64,000 bases of DNA, taken from NCBI GenBank assembly GCA_028534125.1, contig CM052823.1, positions 21,576,001 through 21,640,000 on the forward strand, written 5' to 3'. Both the position numbers and the translations under genes were made by a program. This DNA is from Lama glama (lineage: Eukaryota). Shown piece after piece: positions 1 through 12,640 of the stretch. The notes below the pieces were generated by a model. That model was not told the DNA's origin, ran no database searches, and saw only the letters and a program-made list of their open reading frames with translations. Within the stretch, counting starts at the first letter, position 1. Each line of letters opens with the position of its first letter.

Positions 1-2423
1 TAATAACGCCACCCTCTCGGGGTCACTGTCACAAAGGGTCACATCAAGACTGGCTGGCCATTGGATAAATCCTCACAGGTGGTGTCCATGTGAGGGTGTG
101 GGCTGATCCACAAGTGTGGAGCAACACCCTGGAGCGTTATAGCTGCAGTTAACAGTCGCTTGTCTGGGGCATTCAAGGACCATCTATCCACAACCCCTTT
201 TGCAAGAAGCATCCCTTCCAGAACGTTGACCGAGCGCCTTCCAGTTTCCAAGCACTGTGCTAATGGCTGTCCTGACAGTAATGAACAGAACCGGCCACGT
301 CTCTGCTCTCTTGTGGCTCGCTTCTAATGGACTTGACCTGTGATCCCCAGAGCGGAGAAGTAAGTGCTCTGGATAGTTTTTCTCTCCAAGGGTAGGTTAG
401 CTCACTAGCCTTCCAACCCTGGATCTGAGTCAGCTGCATCTCCTAGCAAGTGCTTGGCACATAATCGGTGCTCAATAACTATCCTAGGAATGGATGCCCG
501 GAGGACTGAAGAGGCGAGCATTGAGTCCCAGGTGGCCAGGTGTAAGCTTGCTGAGTCTCACTGGGCCCAAGGTGTATCGCCAGCCCTGCTTTCTAGCAAA
601 CAAAGGCTGCCGGCTCCCGTCGGGAGACTGCCATCTTCAAGCCCCAGGCAAGTAAGATGACCTCTAACAAAAAGGAAAGCGCCCACTGCAGCTGGGCGCT
701 AAGTCCTCACTGCTGCCAGAGGAGCCAGATGACTGTCTTCTTTCTGGAATTTCTGGCTAATGACATCCAGGGACCCCACCAACCAGTAGGATAAGAATAG
801 GAAGGTCATCAAAGGGCACGTACTCTCTCTGAGCCCAGCTTCCCACTCAATCTACGAGGCAGCCCAGCGTGTAAGACCGGTGGGAGCTGGAGGAGGCCTG
901 CCGTGCGATGTATCATTGCAGTCATGCTCTGTCAGCCTGGCCAGCACCGCTCCAGTCTCTGTCTCTCGAGCCAGCCCTCTTGAACTTTGGTGGGACCCTC
1001 TGACTGCTTCTCAGTTTTGGCTTCAGCCCCACTTGCCATCTTTCCAGTTTCCTGACTCCATTCTCTGCCACCCAGGACCAGCCCCACCCCACCCTGTACC
1101 TAACCACACTTCCCAAAGTCCAGGAAGGACGCCAGGGCCCTGATGATGGATGAACTTGGGCCTCCCCCAGAGTGCCAGACCTGTCTGCCTACCTTGAGGA
1201 TTCAGTCGTCAGGCTGAACCAGCTCCTTCTTGATGGATGTTTTCTTATTAGAGGGAGCAAGAGACTAAGATGGTGATTCTCAGCCACTATCGCAGGCTGT
1301 TTTCCCTTCCCTCTGTGCAATTCCGGTATCTCTGCTGACCGAACTGACTGTCATCGCTGTCTACTGCTGAGAGTGGGTCTTATTCAACGAGTGTGATGAA
1401 GCAGAATGAAGGCTGAGATGCAGCTCTAAACAGCTGATTGTGTAAAAAATGACAGGAAAAGCCTTCCAAGATGAGCTCAGCGATAGAGTGACAGTAAGTC
1501 GTCACCATCATCACCGTCATATTAGCAGCTAATGCTGAGTGCTCACTGAGTGCCGGGCACTGTGATAAGCATTTTGTATTCAATCTCTCATTTAATCCTC
1601 ATAAAACCCGAGGAAGTTGGTTTTACAGAGGCCCGGAGCGATCACCAGTGGGAGGTGGAAATGGGCTTTGACCCTGAGTCGGACTCTAGACCACATGCTC
1701 TTAACTATTACACTGGAAAGGAGCTTTGTGACTCACCACTCCATCTCTTTATTTCCACACAAGGAAACTTTATTTCTTTATTCCCCAGAGAGGGAATCCC
1801 ACTGCCTAGAATCAGTAGCAGAGCTGGGCTTGGATGCTAAGAGTCCTAATTCCAAATCCAAAGCTTTTCTCTACTGCCCCACAGTTTACTAGGAACACAG
1901 CTCGCCTCTCCTGTCCTCTGTCCTTCCAAGGCCAAGGGAGATCATCAAAGCAGAGAGGGAACCCAGAGCCAGGAAAGCTGGGGTCTGGATATGAGCAAAC
2001 ATTGTCAAATGAATCGACGGGTGTGGGCTTGAGCCCCAGGGATCTCCAGGAAGCTGGACTGAAAGATGGAAGCCAGAGTCAGAAATCAAAGAGCAGCTGG
2101 AGGTAAGGAATGTGCAGGCATCTGGGGGCCCAGGTGGTTCTGGAGTCAAAAATCAGTGAAGACAGTGGCCTTGAGGCCCCAGTGTTGAGTGGAACAGAAG
2201 CTAGCAGAACCAGGGATCTGCTGAGACAGGAAAGATCCCAACCAACCTGCGACAGAATCACCCAAGGAAGGTGAGGAAGGTGCCAGCAGAAGGTAAATGC
2301 AGAGACGGAAGGGGCAGCGAGGCCCAGTGGTGAGAAGGAGGAGAGGATCCTAGTTACAAATGGGAGAAAAATATAGAGGCAGCCAAGTTTGAGGGATGGT
2401 GGCAGTGACAATAAATGAAGACT

Positions 2424-2587
2424 GGGGTGGGAGGGTACAGCTTAGTGGTAGAGTGTGTGCTTAGCATGCACGAGGTCCTGGGTTCAGTCCCCAGTACCTT
2501 CATTAAATAAATAAATAAACATCATCACCTGCCCCACCCCGGAAAAAAAGAAAAGAAAAAAGAACAGTGAATAGGAAAAAAAAAAAA
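2424..2587 (+). mobile_element. tRNA-Ala-derived SINE (camelid Vic-1-like)
   Basis: gggagggtacagcttagtggtagagtgtgtgcttagcatgcacgaggtcctgggttcagtccccagtacc with A/B boxes, then (taaa)n and an A-rich tail. Confidence 0.85.
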
Positions 2588-5500
2588 GTGAAAACTCGGC
2601 CACTGCCTTACACAGCCTGCTTGGGTATGTGCAGCAACCCAACCGAGAGCACACTCCGGGGCTTGGAGGACTTCTTGGTTTGGAGTTGAGAGTTGCAGAA
2701 GGAAAAAGATGTCATGAGCAGGTCAGAAATTTTTTCTGAGCATCAGATAAATATTTTCCCTGTGTTATTTTCACAAGTAGCTGCTATAAATATTTAACTT
2801 GTACGAATTGCTTTTTTGTCAGACTGACTCCACACCCACCAATGGAAATTTGTGTGGCAACTGGACCACAGGGGAGCTTACATTTCTGAGGGCTGTATAT
2901 TTAATCAAGAAAAAAAATTAAATAATAAAAACATGATACTGGCATATGTCCATCTATATCTAGAACTGCTTCCTTTCTGTGCAGTATCAATTTTAAACTG
3001 TCAAAATGTTGGCTAGGAGTGGTACATGGTATATAGGATGTCGTTTGTCTTGATTTAGCTCCCATGAGGCTTCCCAAGGTCCTCAAAAGCCTTTCCATCT
3101 CTAAAAGGAGTGCTCCAGCCAGGGAGGAAGTGTGTCCTCCTCTTCACACCTTTAAGGACAGCAGACCAGCCTGGAGAGAAACTTGCAACATCAGACAGCA
3201 AGGGAATCAAATCGCAATCTTTCAGGATGCCTAAGCAGGCCAGTCTTGCATCTCAAGTCTTCGCTAATTCTGCACATTCCTAATCTTCATAATATTTCAG
3301 GGAGCTGGGTTTTAGTCTTGGCTACTGAGAGTTAATATTGCTCTGGGGGTGGGGGGAGGGGTAAGGAGGAGGGGTGATGAGTTTCTACAAACCCAGTGCC
3401 TCTGTACCCAGAACCTGGTAAGAGGGCAGTGGTCAGAGGGAAACAGAGGGAGAGAAAGATATCAAGTGTAGTAATCAGAATGAAAAATGGAGCCACGGTT
3501 ACTTTAAACAAGAGCTAATTCATCACAAGAACGAGTGGATAAGTAGCTGAGTTTCAGGCGTTCAGTAAGTTCCCCGTTCTGCTCCAAAAATTATTCCACC
3601 CCTGTCTGCATGCTCCCATAAATCATCCCCTCTCCACATCAGCTCCGATTACCAATTACTCCTGCCTGTAACACGCTTTCCTTGCCCAACACCATCTGAT
3701 GGGGCCCTGCCTTTTAATTTTACAAATGCCTTTTTTCCCCCACTTTTCCTTTCTTCTGTCTCCTCCAGTCTCTCCCCTCCCCCCTTCCGTTCTCTTGCTC
3801 TCTCCTCTCTTTCTCTCTGTCTGTCATCTCTTACTTGCACAAGCCCCTCCCCACACCCCGGCCCCTGCCAATCTGGCCCTCTGCAGCGGTCCCTTGGAAA
3901 GGGGAGGGGCAAGTATTATCAGCACTGGGAAAGCCTGCAGAGGAGGTAAGAAGGGCGCAGGTCTCAGCCCTCTTGAACTTGCTGCCTGCCCCCACCCCAA
4001 GGCGTCCATCCTCAGCCTGCTTCCTGGTCTGCAGACCTGGGTGGAGTTTGAGTCTAGGGTTCTGACAACTTGTTGGAAAGGGCTATGAACTGTCCCTAAG
4101 AAGAGAGTTTTACACTCTGCCAGTACCCAGCATGATCACAATGGTCGCTGTAAATATTTATCGTATATTTATGGGCTGCTGACAGTGTTTGATACCCAGA
4201 GATGGTGAGTCTCTGCAGTGTGCTAAAAATCCCTTGGGAAGCAGCCCTGCCTTCCAGCCTCACTTCTGCTCCTGACACTGAATCACCCAAAGCTGTGTCT
4301 CCCAAACTGTCATCACTGTTGTATCACTTTCACAGTTGTTGTCGTATTGCAGTAGCATATGTGCCGTATTTCCTTAAAATCAACTTGAAATTGATTTCGG
4401 GACTTAACTTTGCCCTAAGCAAAAATTCATGAACTCGTGTGCTTGAAGTGACAGTTACATTTTCCCAAATATTATGAAAACAAATGCTTAGCTGCTATGC
4501 CAATGAACTTAACTATACCAAGCGGCACCCTCGACACATCTACTACACATTGGTTAAAGCATCACTTCCTGCTGGACACTCAGATATGCAGTGTGATGAC
4601 TGACGAGGGGACACGACACAGAAGTCAGAGAAGTGAGGACCTCCACGAGCTTCCCTGCCCATTGCAGCACCCCCGTCAGAGACTGAAGCAGGAAGTCAGG
4701 GGTACGGGATGGATTGTGAAAGGCGCCCAGCTCTGCTGGGGTGGGACAGGGAAGCTCAGCCTGCTTCCTCCAGCAGCCACTAGGGGATCCAGCCCCATCA
4801 CCTCTGGGCTTTTACATGCGGGCCTTGCATCACCGCTTTGCTGTGTTTTGATTGGATTTGCAAGCTACAGATTCCAGGAGATTTGAGAACCCCAGAGTGG
4901 ATGCTAAGCCACTTTCATGCTGACCATTTAAATACAATTGTGCATGGGTTATGGAGAGATAAAAAGTCACCCAGAAGCCCCGGTGGGGACTAGGGTGCCT
5001 AGGGAGCAGTTTTTATGGAGACACTGACTCTCAAGGGCTAACCCTGCACTTGTACAACCCTGAGAGTCGGGGCCTCCTTAAATGCTGCAAACTGGGTGTC
5101 TTCTTGAACTTACCTGCCCCAGGCCTGGCTCTGCAGAAGCTGTAGTGTTGCTGGGTCCAAATCCTGGCAAGGCAGGGTGAAGTCAGGAGTTAACCCAACA
5201 GCCAAGGGGAAAGACACTATGCCAGGTGTACCCACACATGTCATACCTCTAGTCTCACAGGAGCCCACAGTGGACGCATCATTAATTTCACTTTACACCT
5301 GAGGACCTCAAAGCTTAGTGAGTAAAAAGGAAGGAAGGAAGGAACTGGTAAACCCAGTAGATCAAACTGGAATGTGAACTCAGGACTACCTGTGTTCTTT
5401 TCTCTTCAATATTGACCTTCCCTTTCTCCCCTAGTGCTAGTTAAAATAGACTTGATTCCACCTCACAGATGAGGCCAGTGAGACCCAGACGCCTCATGTT

Positions 5501-6487
5501 TTCTATGCATTTAATAATTTAGTGCTTTTAGGTCTTTCATATTCATTTAGACCTCTCACATCCAGCCACCATCAAACATGACTGAGTGGGCATCCAGTCA
5601 GACACAGAAGAATGGCAAGGCTTCTTTGGGGGGGGATCTGAGAAGCCAGTGGGGAGACAGAATTAGCTCGCGATAATGAATGAGACCAAGGTGAGTAAAG
5701 AAGGGAGAGAGACTTACAGCAGAAAACAGGCTAACGGTGATTGTCAAAATGTCACAGAACCTGGCCCTGAGCTTCCCTGGTAAACACAGCAGCTGTTGCT
5801 CCCCAGCCGAAGCACTCCTGCTAATCAGATGAAAGGTTCTCTCCACTAAACTGTAAGCATAACGCGCTGCTGAAAATCTTTACCTAAGGGGCACTGACAG
5901 AAGCAAAGCCAAGAATAATAAAAATAATAATGTAGTGGTAATAACAGTAATCATAATAGCTATCATTTATCGAATAGGCACTTTCAAACGTTACTTCATC
6001 TAATCCTCACTGCTTTACTGGAAGCAAGTATTGTTATAACCCTCTGTTTTCCGAGTGGGAAACTGAGCCGTCAGCAACCTGCCCACCATCCCACAGTCAG
6101 AAGTGGCAGATCTGATGGAGAGCACGTTTCTCCAAAGTGGCCTGTATCCCTTGGCTGCTCCATCTATTAAGACCAAAGCTGCTGGTCACAGGATGAAAAT
6201 CACCTCTTACTATTGAAGGGATATGTTAAATAAGTGACACAGACATTCAAGTTAATTAACTCTTCTGCCCCTTGCCCTTTCATTTCATAATCAGCCCTAT
6301 TTATCTGAGGTCGAATTTCCTCATGTCTCCTGTTTTATTAGAGTCTTCTCTTCCCATGAGGTCTGGACAGAGCTCTGGGGGGAGGGCTCTCATAAGGGAA
6401 GGGTGACACAGAAGGGAGACATGCAGTGTGTCAGGCACCCAGGAGCATCTGCACGATTGGGTGAGACTTGAGTGAGATGGTCCAGAG

Positions 6488-6656
6488 CAGCGATTCTCAA
6501 AGTGTGGTCCAGCAGGAGCAGCATCTTGGAACTCATTAGATATGTATTCCTCCAGCCCCATCCCAGAACTACTGAAACCCAGGGTGGACCCAGCAATTTG
6601 AGGTTTAACAGGCCCTCCAGGTGACTCTGATTTACTCCAAAACTTGAGAAGCACTG
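6488..6656 (+). mobile_element. MER5A (hAT-Charlie MITE)
   Basis: Termini cagcgattctcaaagtgtggtcc ... ccctccaggtgactctga...aacttgagaagcactg match the MER5A consensus as recalled. Confidence 0.8.
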
Positions 6657-6729
6657 GTGTAAGTGAATAGATTTTCAACTGCGGCGGCACATTGACATTA
6701 CCTGAGAAGCTTTAAGAACTAACAATGTC

Positions 6730-8057
6730 AGCAGCATACGTATGGGTCTTGTTTTTTTTTTTTTAATCATTCAGAACATTCTCTAACATCATATACAAAC
6801 ATAAACTAAAAATGGATTAAAGGCCTAAATGTAAGACTGGAAACCACAAAACTCCTAGTGGAAAACATAGGCAGAACACTTTTTGACATAAACTGTGGCA
6901 ATATTTTTTTGAATCTGTCTCCTAAAGTAAAGGAAACAAAAGCAAAAATAAACAAACAGGACCCAATCAAGCTTAAAAACTTTTGCACAGCAAAGGAAAC
7001 CACTGACAAAATGAGAAGACAGCCTACTGACTGGGAGAAGGTATTTGCATATGATATGACTGATAAGGGGTTAATATCCGACATATATAAGTAGTTCATA
7101 CAATTCAACATCAAAAAAGCAAACAACAACCAGATTAAAAGATGACCAGAACTGAACAGACATTTTTCCAAAGGGGAAATGCGGATGGCCAACAGGTGCA
7201 TGAAAAGAGGCTCAACGTCGCTAATCGTCAAGGAGATGTTAATCACAACCACAATGAGGTGCTACTTCCCATCCGTTGGTATAGCTATCATCAAAANNNN
7301 NNNNNNNNNNNNNNNNNNNNNNNNNNNNNNNNNNNNNNNNNNNNNNNNNNNNNNNNNNNNNNNNNNNNNNNNNNNNNNNNNNNNNNNNNNNNNNNNNNNN
7401 NNNNNNNNNNNNNNNNNNNNNNNNNNNNNNNNNNNNNNNNNNNNNNCTCCCCTCCTGGGTGTATATCCAAAAAAAACAAGAACACTAATTTGAAAAGACA
7501 CATGCACCCCAATGTTCATAACAGCGTTATTCACATTTGCCAAGATATGGAAGGAACCTAAGTGTCATCAACAGATGACTGGATAAAGAAGCTGTGGGGT
7601 ATATACAGTGGAATACTACTCAGCCATAAAAAGAATGAAATTTTGCCATTTGCAGCAACATGCATGGACTTGGAGATTATCATGCTAAGTGAAATGTCAG
7701 GCAGAGAAAGACAAATTCTGTATGGTATCACTTGTATGTGGAATCTAAAAAATACGACAAACTGGTGAATATAACAAAAAAGAAACAGACTCACAGACAT
7801 AGAGAATAAAGTAGTGGCTACCAGTGGGAAGAGAGAAGTGGGAAGGGACAATATAGGGGTAGGGGATTAAAAGGTACAAACTATTATGTATAAAATAAGC
7901 TACAAGAATATATTGTACAACACAGGGAATAAAGCCAATATTTTATTACTATGATTGGAGCATAACCTTTAAAAATTGTGAATCACTATATTGTACATAT
8001 ACCTGTAACTTATGTAATATTGTACATCAATTATATTTCACTTTAAAAAAAAAAAGC
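6730..8057 (+). mobile_element. 5'-truncated, 5'-inverted LINE-1 (ORF2 C-terminal region, 3' UTR, poly-A) containing an N gap
   Basis: ORF2-like peptide ENIGRTLFDINCGNIFLNLSPK...IKLKNFCTAKET...PTDWEKVFA, L1 3' UTR, poly-A at 8045-8055. TSD aagaactaacaatgtc (6714-6729) / aagaaataacaatgcc (8058-8073). Confidence 0.92.
7297..7446. other. Assembly gap (150 N) inside L1 ORF2
   Basis: Run of N. Confidence 0.99.
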
Positions 8058-8945
8058 AAGAAATAACAATGCCTGGGTCCTACACCAGATTCTGATTTAA
8101 TGGGCCTGGGCCAAGGCCTAGGCATTGGGATGTTTTTTAAGATCTCCAGGTGATTCTACAGTGCAGCCCATAAAGGTTGAGACGCTCTGGGTTAGGGAGT
8201 CAGAGGACTCAAGACTGCACCCCAGCTCAGTGCCCCTGACTGAGAGAGTGGGTGGGTTCCCACGGGCTCAGGAGTTTAAAGTTGTCTCTTTGCCCTGAAA
8301 TTCTCCTCAGCTTGAGGGCTTGGAACTAACGGGCTGGGAGGTGGTGTGCTGTCAAGAAAAGAACCTGGAATTGGAAACCAGGTAATAATATTCAGCTCTA
8401 GTCGTCCCCTCTTCAACCTGGCTGAATGCTAGAAACTCAGAGGTTGCTCAGAGAAGAATGAATTAGATGAGGCTATTTGGATGGAAAAGAGCTTCCCCCA
8501 AAAGCATAGTGAGTATTTACAAAGTATAGTTGGTGTTTACTAACTGCTCACTAAGTGCCAGGACCTCGTGGGCTTGCACTGTCTCACTGAGTCCCATCGT
8601 GAGGGTTTAGTCGGTTTCATTGTCCTCCTTTTATAGATGAGGAAACTGGGCACAGGAAGTTAAAGTAGTATTAGGCAACCGAGAAGTGGTTGGAGGCAGA
8701 ATCTGAACCAGACCCGGTGCCTATACCCAGGCAGCTACTTGCCACTCAAGTACAAACTCCAGACGTGGCAGGTCAGGCACAAAGAAGTATTAGCAAGCGA
8801 GGCGCTCCATTCCTGAATGACTGGGAGGTGAGTGAAATTAATCGGGGTCTTTAAGTGGCTGAGAAATGAACCACCGATTAAAACCTGTCTTTAATAAGAA
8901 AAATAAAGTTAGGAAATGGGTGCAATTAGTAAGTCATAATAAAAA

Positions 8946-9780
8946 ACAGGTAAAGGGTCACTTAGACAAATTAAATGCTGGAGAGATACATAAATCAGGG
9001 GGTCCTATGGCATGCAAACTGAAAGGTCTGGCCAGAATTAGCTAATGAACTTCAGGAACTATTGACATCGACTTTCAAAAAATGAGGGGGAACCACAGGA
9101 GATGGCATAGAGAGGGAAAACAGGGGAATGGGCTTGAAAAACAGGAAGAAAACTGATTCCAGCAACTCCCCCCCAGGGAAGCCATAAGTTCCGTTTGTAG
9201 GCAAGCCATAGAACAAATTTTATGATTAAAAATTTACGATAAATTTTATGAGCAGAAAATCCAGTAAGCAGCTGGAGGGCAACAGAGGCCTGAGCCATAA
9301 ACTGAGCTGGCAGGTTTACGCAGAAGTCATGCCGGGAAACCATAACGCTTTTTTATTCTAACTAATTTGTAATGTTAGTGGGAAGAGGGTCCACTGAAGA
9401 TTTAGTGCTTTTTGATTTTTAGAAAAGCTTTTGATTCAGTGTCTCATGAAATCTGACTGGGAAAACTAATTTAAATTGGCACGGACAGGGACTGTCTCAG
9501 GGATGGGGCTCGGTTGAAAGGCTGTAAACAAAGGTGTGATGAATGGGAGTCACAAGCTGGAGGGGCAAGGGGGCGGGCCTGGGCGGCTGCTGGCAGAGGT
9601 GAGTTGAGCAGAAGCAGGTGCCTGATCACATTGATGGTCTCCATGAAGGTGAGGTTAATGGCTGATCGATTAAATCTGCATGTATAATTCAGCCAGGGTG
9701 ACACAGACAGGGGAGGGTGGGAAACCTGAGCAACATGAAGAGGACAGAATTATTTCTGGGAAACAGTATGTGCTATGTAG
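8946..9780 (+). mobile_element. Ancient CR1/L3-clade LINE reverse-transcriptase relic
   Basis: Frame-disrupted motifs in the correct order: QVKGHLDKLN, KSGGP(D)GM, ELANELQELLTSTFKK, DF/RKAFDSVSHEI*LGKL, LKGCKQR/VMNG, IDGLHEG..IKSA. These correspond to CR1 RT motifs KSxGPDGxHPRVLKELA, LDFSKAFDxVxH, WLxxRxQRVVING and FINDLDEG..KFADD. Confidence 0.8.
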
Positions 9781-10062
9781 CAGGGGCCCGAGACCTGGAG
9801 AACCAAAGTCCCCCTGGCAGGAGAAATCTGAGTCCAGGAGAATGTCTAGCAAGATCCCTGAGGGACGGGGACACACACAGGCGGTCAAAGCTGGAAGGGG
9901 TGCAGGTAATAGGAAATCTGCCTTGAATGACAAAGAAACCCATCTCACATGTAGGGAGTAAGGAAGTAAGGTTAGCTTCAGGCACAGAGTGATCAGGGCT
10001 CTGGCTTGGGTTCTTTGCCATTTGTTGGCTCTGCCCTCTCAGGCTGGTTTCCTTAAGATTGC

Positions 10063-10488
10063 TGTAGTTGGGGGAATGGTGGCTCCTCCAAAGACATGTC
10101 CATACCCTGGAATATGTGAATATGATCTTATTTGGAAAAGGGTCTTTTGAAATGTAATTAAGGTAAGGATCTTCAGATGAGATCATTCTGCATTGGCTTA
10201 CTGAGTCTTAAATCCAATGACAAATGTCCTTGTAACAGACAGAGGAGGACATAGGCATGGAGGAGAAGGCCATGTGAAGACAGAACGGATTTACATAGCT
10301 GCAAGCCAAGACACCTGGAGCCACCAGAAGCTGGAAGAGGCCAGGAAGGATTCTCCCCTAGAGTCTTCCAATCCTGCCAATGCCCTGATTTCAGTCCTCT
10401 GGCCTCTGAACTGTAAGAGAAGACATTTCTATTCTTTGAAGCCACCGGTTTGTGGTAATTTGTTACAGAAATCTCAGGAAATGAATAC
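10063..10488 (+). mobile_element. MaLR solo LTR (MLT1C-like)
   Basis: gaatatgatcttatttggaaaagggtctt...gccaccagaagctggaagaggccaggaaggattctcccctagag...gaagccaccggtttgtggtaatttgttac. Confidence 0.85.
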
Positions 10489-12109
10489 GATGTCCACTGG
10501 GAAGCTGTGTCTTGTAGCTCTCTAGTGAGACTGAAGAAGTCCTTTCCAGTGAGCCCCACGCGAGCCTCTCCTCACATCTTATTCGCTTTTGTTAGCCCAG
10601 CCTTGTCCCTGAACCAGTCATGGGAAAGATCATGTTGTATGGCTTCCACTCACCACCTGGATGGAGTGGGCAACACCCAATGGCTACCTTCTAGATGGTG
10701 GAGCCTTGCAGCCAGTGTCTCCTGTAAGGGGGACATGGAGCAGAGACTACCAGCCTCCATGGTGCATATGTGATGTGCATGAGCAAGGACCCTTTCCTAT
10801 GCACCCACATGTCACTTAGATCCGGGGGCTATTTGTTACTGAGGCCAACCTGACTAACACAGAGGGGAAGATCATTGACTTAATCTGGGAGAACTGGAAG
10901 AGTTTTGACAGGAAGATGTGAGAGAGAATCCAGGCAGGCAGAACAGCTCCAAAAAGGGATGCTGGGACAGTACGTTCAGGGAAAGATGGATGAGGAAACA
11001 AGTTTTAGAAAGGAAGAGGAGGACCCAGTCAGGGAGGGACAGAGGCTTCCCCGGTACAGAGTTTGGATCTGAAGAGGAGGGAATACGGGTGACAAGATAA
11101 ATTCAGGAAGATGTTGCTGCCAAAATCCAAGTATGGATGCTGAAGACCTGACCCAAAGAGGGGCAGGGGTAAAAATGACAGTAGTAGCAGTGCTGTAGTG
11201 ATAGTAGCAGTAATAGAGACCACTTAGAAAAGCCTGGTGTGCCGGGCACTGTGCCGAGTGCTTTATCTTCAGACACTGGTGGAAAGGAGAGTTAGGGCTG
11301 AGGGAGAGGCAGCCAATGCAGACACCCCACAGGTTAGCCCCAAACTAGCCAGGCCCGGTGCCCTAGTCTGCGGGCCCGCTGCTCAGTAGAGCTCCCCCTG
11401 CAAGGCCTGCAGAGTCGGGGAGTTGCCCTGAACTTTAGTGAGCGTGTTCTACAGGCTGGTGACCCACCTGGGGGAGACCGGTCTGGGTGGGGGAGCAAGC
11501 CCAGGGCCACAGGATCCTAATCTAGGGAGGTGGGCCCAGCCCTGTCCTGACTGGAGACGCGCTGTTGGGAGGTGAGGGAGGGTGTGCTGCTCTCTCCAGG
11601 GGGCTGCTAAGCTGTCACGGTTTTTGTGCGCTCGCCACCTTGGAAACAGCAGACCCTGTGAGACAGCACAAGAACTCTCCAGTGTCCTGTGGAGAACATT
11701 GCCTCTGCTGGGGTGGGGATATCTGGCTCCAATGAGAGGCAGGAAGTTGTAACAAACTAAGGGCTTTGTTGGCTCGTGTCATGGAATGGCCCATGGGTAG
11801 GTGTGGTTTCATGCGGAGCTGGGACCTAGATGCCATCAGGGCATCAGGAATCGTCCCTCCTGTCCTCTCTCCATCTTCTCGGCCTTGGTCTTTCTCTACT
11901 TGGTGGTGAGGCCACGCTGGTAGCTCCAGGCCTTCCTGGTCTTTGCGGCCAGGGACCCCAGTGAAAAAGACTGGGCCTCTTTCCCTGTGCTTTTAGCCAA
12001 AGCCCCAGGGATGGCCCTCAGTGGCACAGCTTGGTCAGGTGCCCACCTCAGGGCAGCAGGTAGGATCGGCTCCACCCAAAGTGCATGAATGAAAGATGGT
12101 GAAAATGTG

Positions 12110-12640
12110 GAGTCTTTGGCTGGATTCCCCAAAAAAGACCCTGAGACAAGGGTTTGAATGGTATTTTAAATGGGAGGTGGTCCCAGAAAGCATCATTAGG
12201 GGTATGGGGTAGGGAGGCAAGGGAGGGAAGAAACAATAGAATTGTGTTAATGAGCAGGTTACATTATAGGCAACTGGAGCTTAACTCCATGGAGCCCCCC
12301 CCCCACCAGGAGACTGTAGAAGCCACCAGTTTGTGGCACTTTGTTACAGAATCTTCAGGAAAGTGGGGCATTTCCCCACCAATGCACAGCTTATCTTTGG
12401 TTGAGGATTGTTTCCGGGGACATTAACTCCCCAGCACATCTTACCCGCTCCATGTACGTGGGCTGAGCACGCTTCTGTGGACAGAGAGAGCCCTGGCAAA
12501 TGCTCACAGTGAGAAGTTACCTGTGTGTTTGGGAAAATGGGCAGTTCATTGTTGTATATGGTCCCCAAGGGGAAGTAAGAGGCAGTTACCAAAAGCAGGG
12601 GATGGGCATGCAGAGCAGGCATAAAGAGCGATGTCCATTG
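12110..12640 (-). mobile_element. ERVL-type LTR (LTR16-like)
   Basis: gaccctgagacaagggtttga...tgttaatgagcaggttac...ggcaactggagctt...ggttgaggattg..cattaactccc. Boundaries are approximate. Confidence 0.6.

Larger units (their letters stand above)
6666..8189. mobile_element. MER5B-like MITE split by the L1 insertion (halves at about 6666-6729 and 8058-8189)
   Basis: The left half (ttttcaactgcggcggcacattgacattacctgagaagcttt) and right half (attctgatttaat...ccaggtgattct...gtgcagcc...ggttgaga) form one element across the L1. Confidence 0.7.

Noticed and set aside
2730-5900. Several short AT-rich, homeobox-motif-containing patches (about 2740-2880, 3640-3730, 5730-5900) that look like conserved non-coding elements
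   Set aside because: The motif content is not distinctive enough without a conservation track.
6806-7851. ORFs with L1 ORF2 similarity as a possible protein-coding gene
   Set aside because: 5'-truncated L1 with stops, frameshifts and an N gap.
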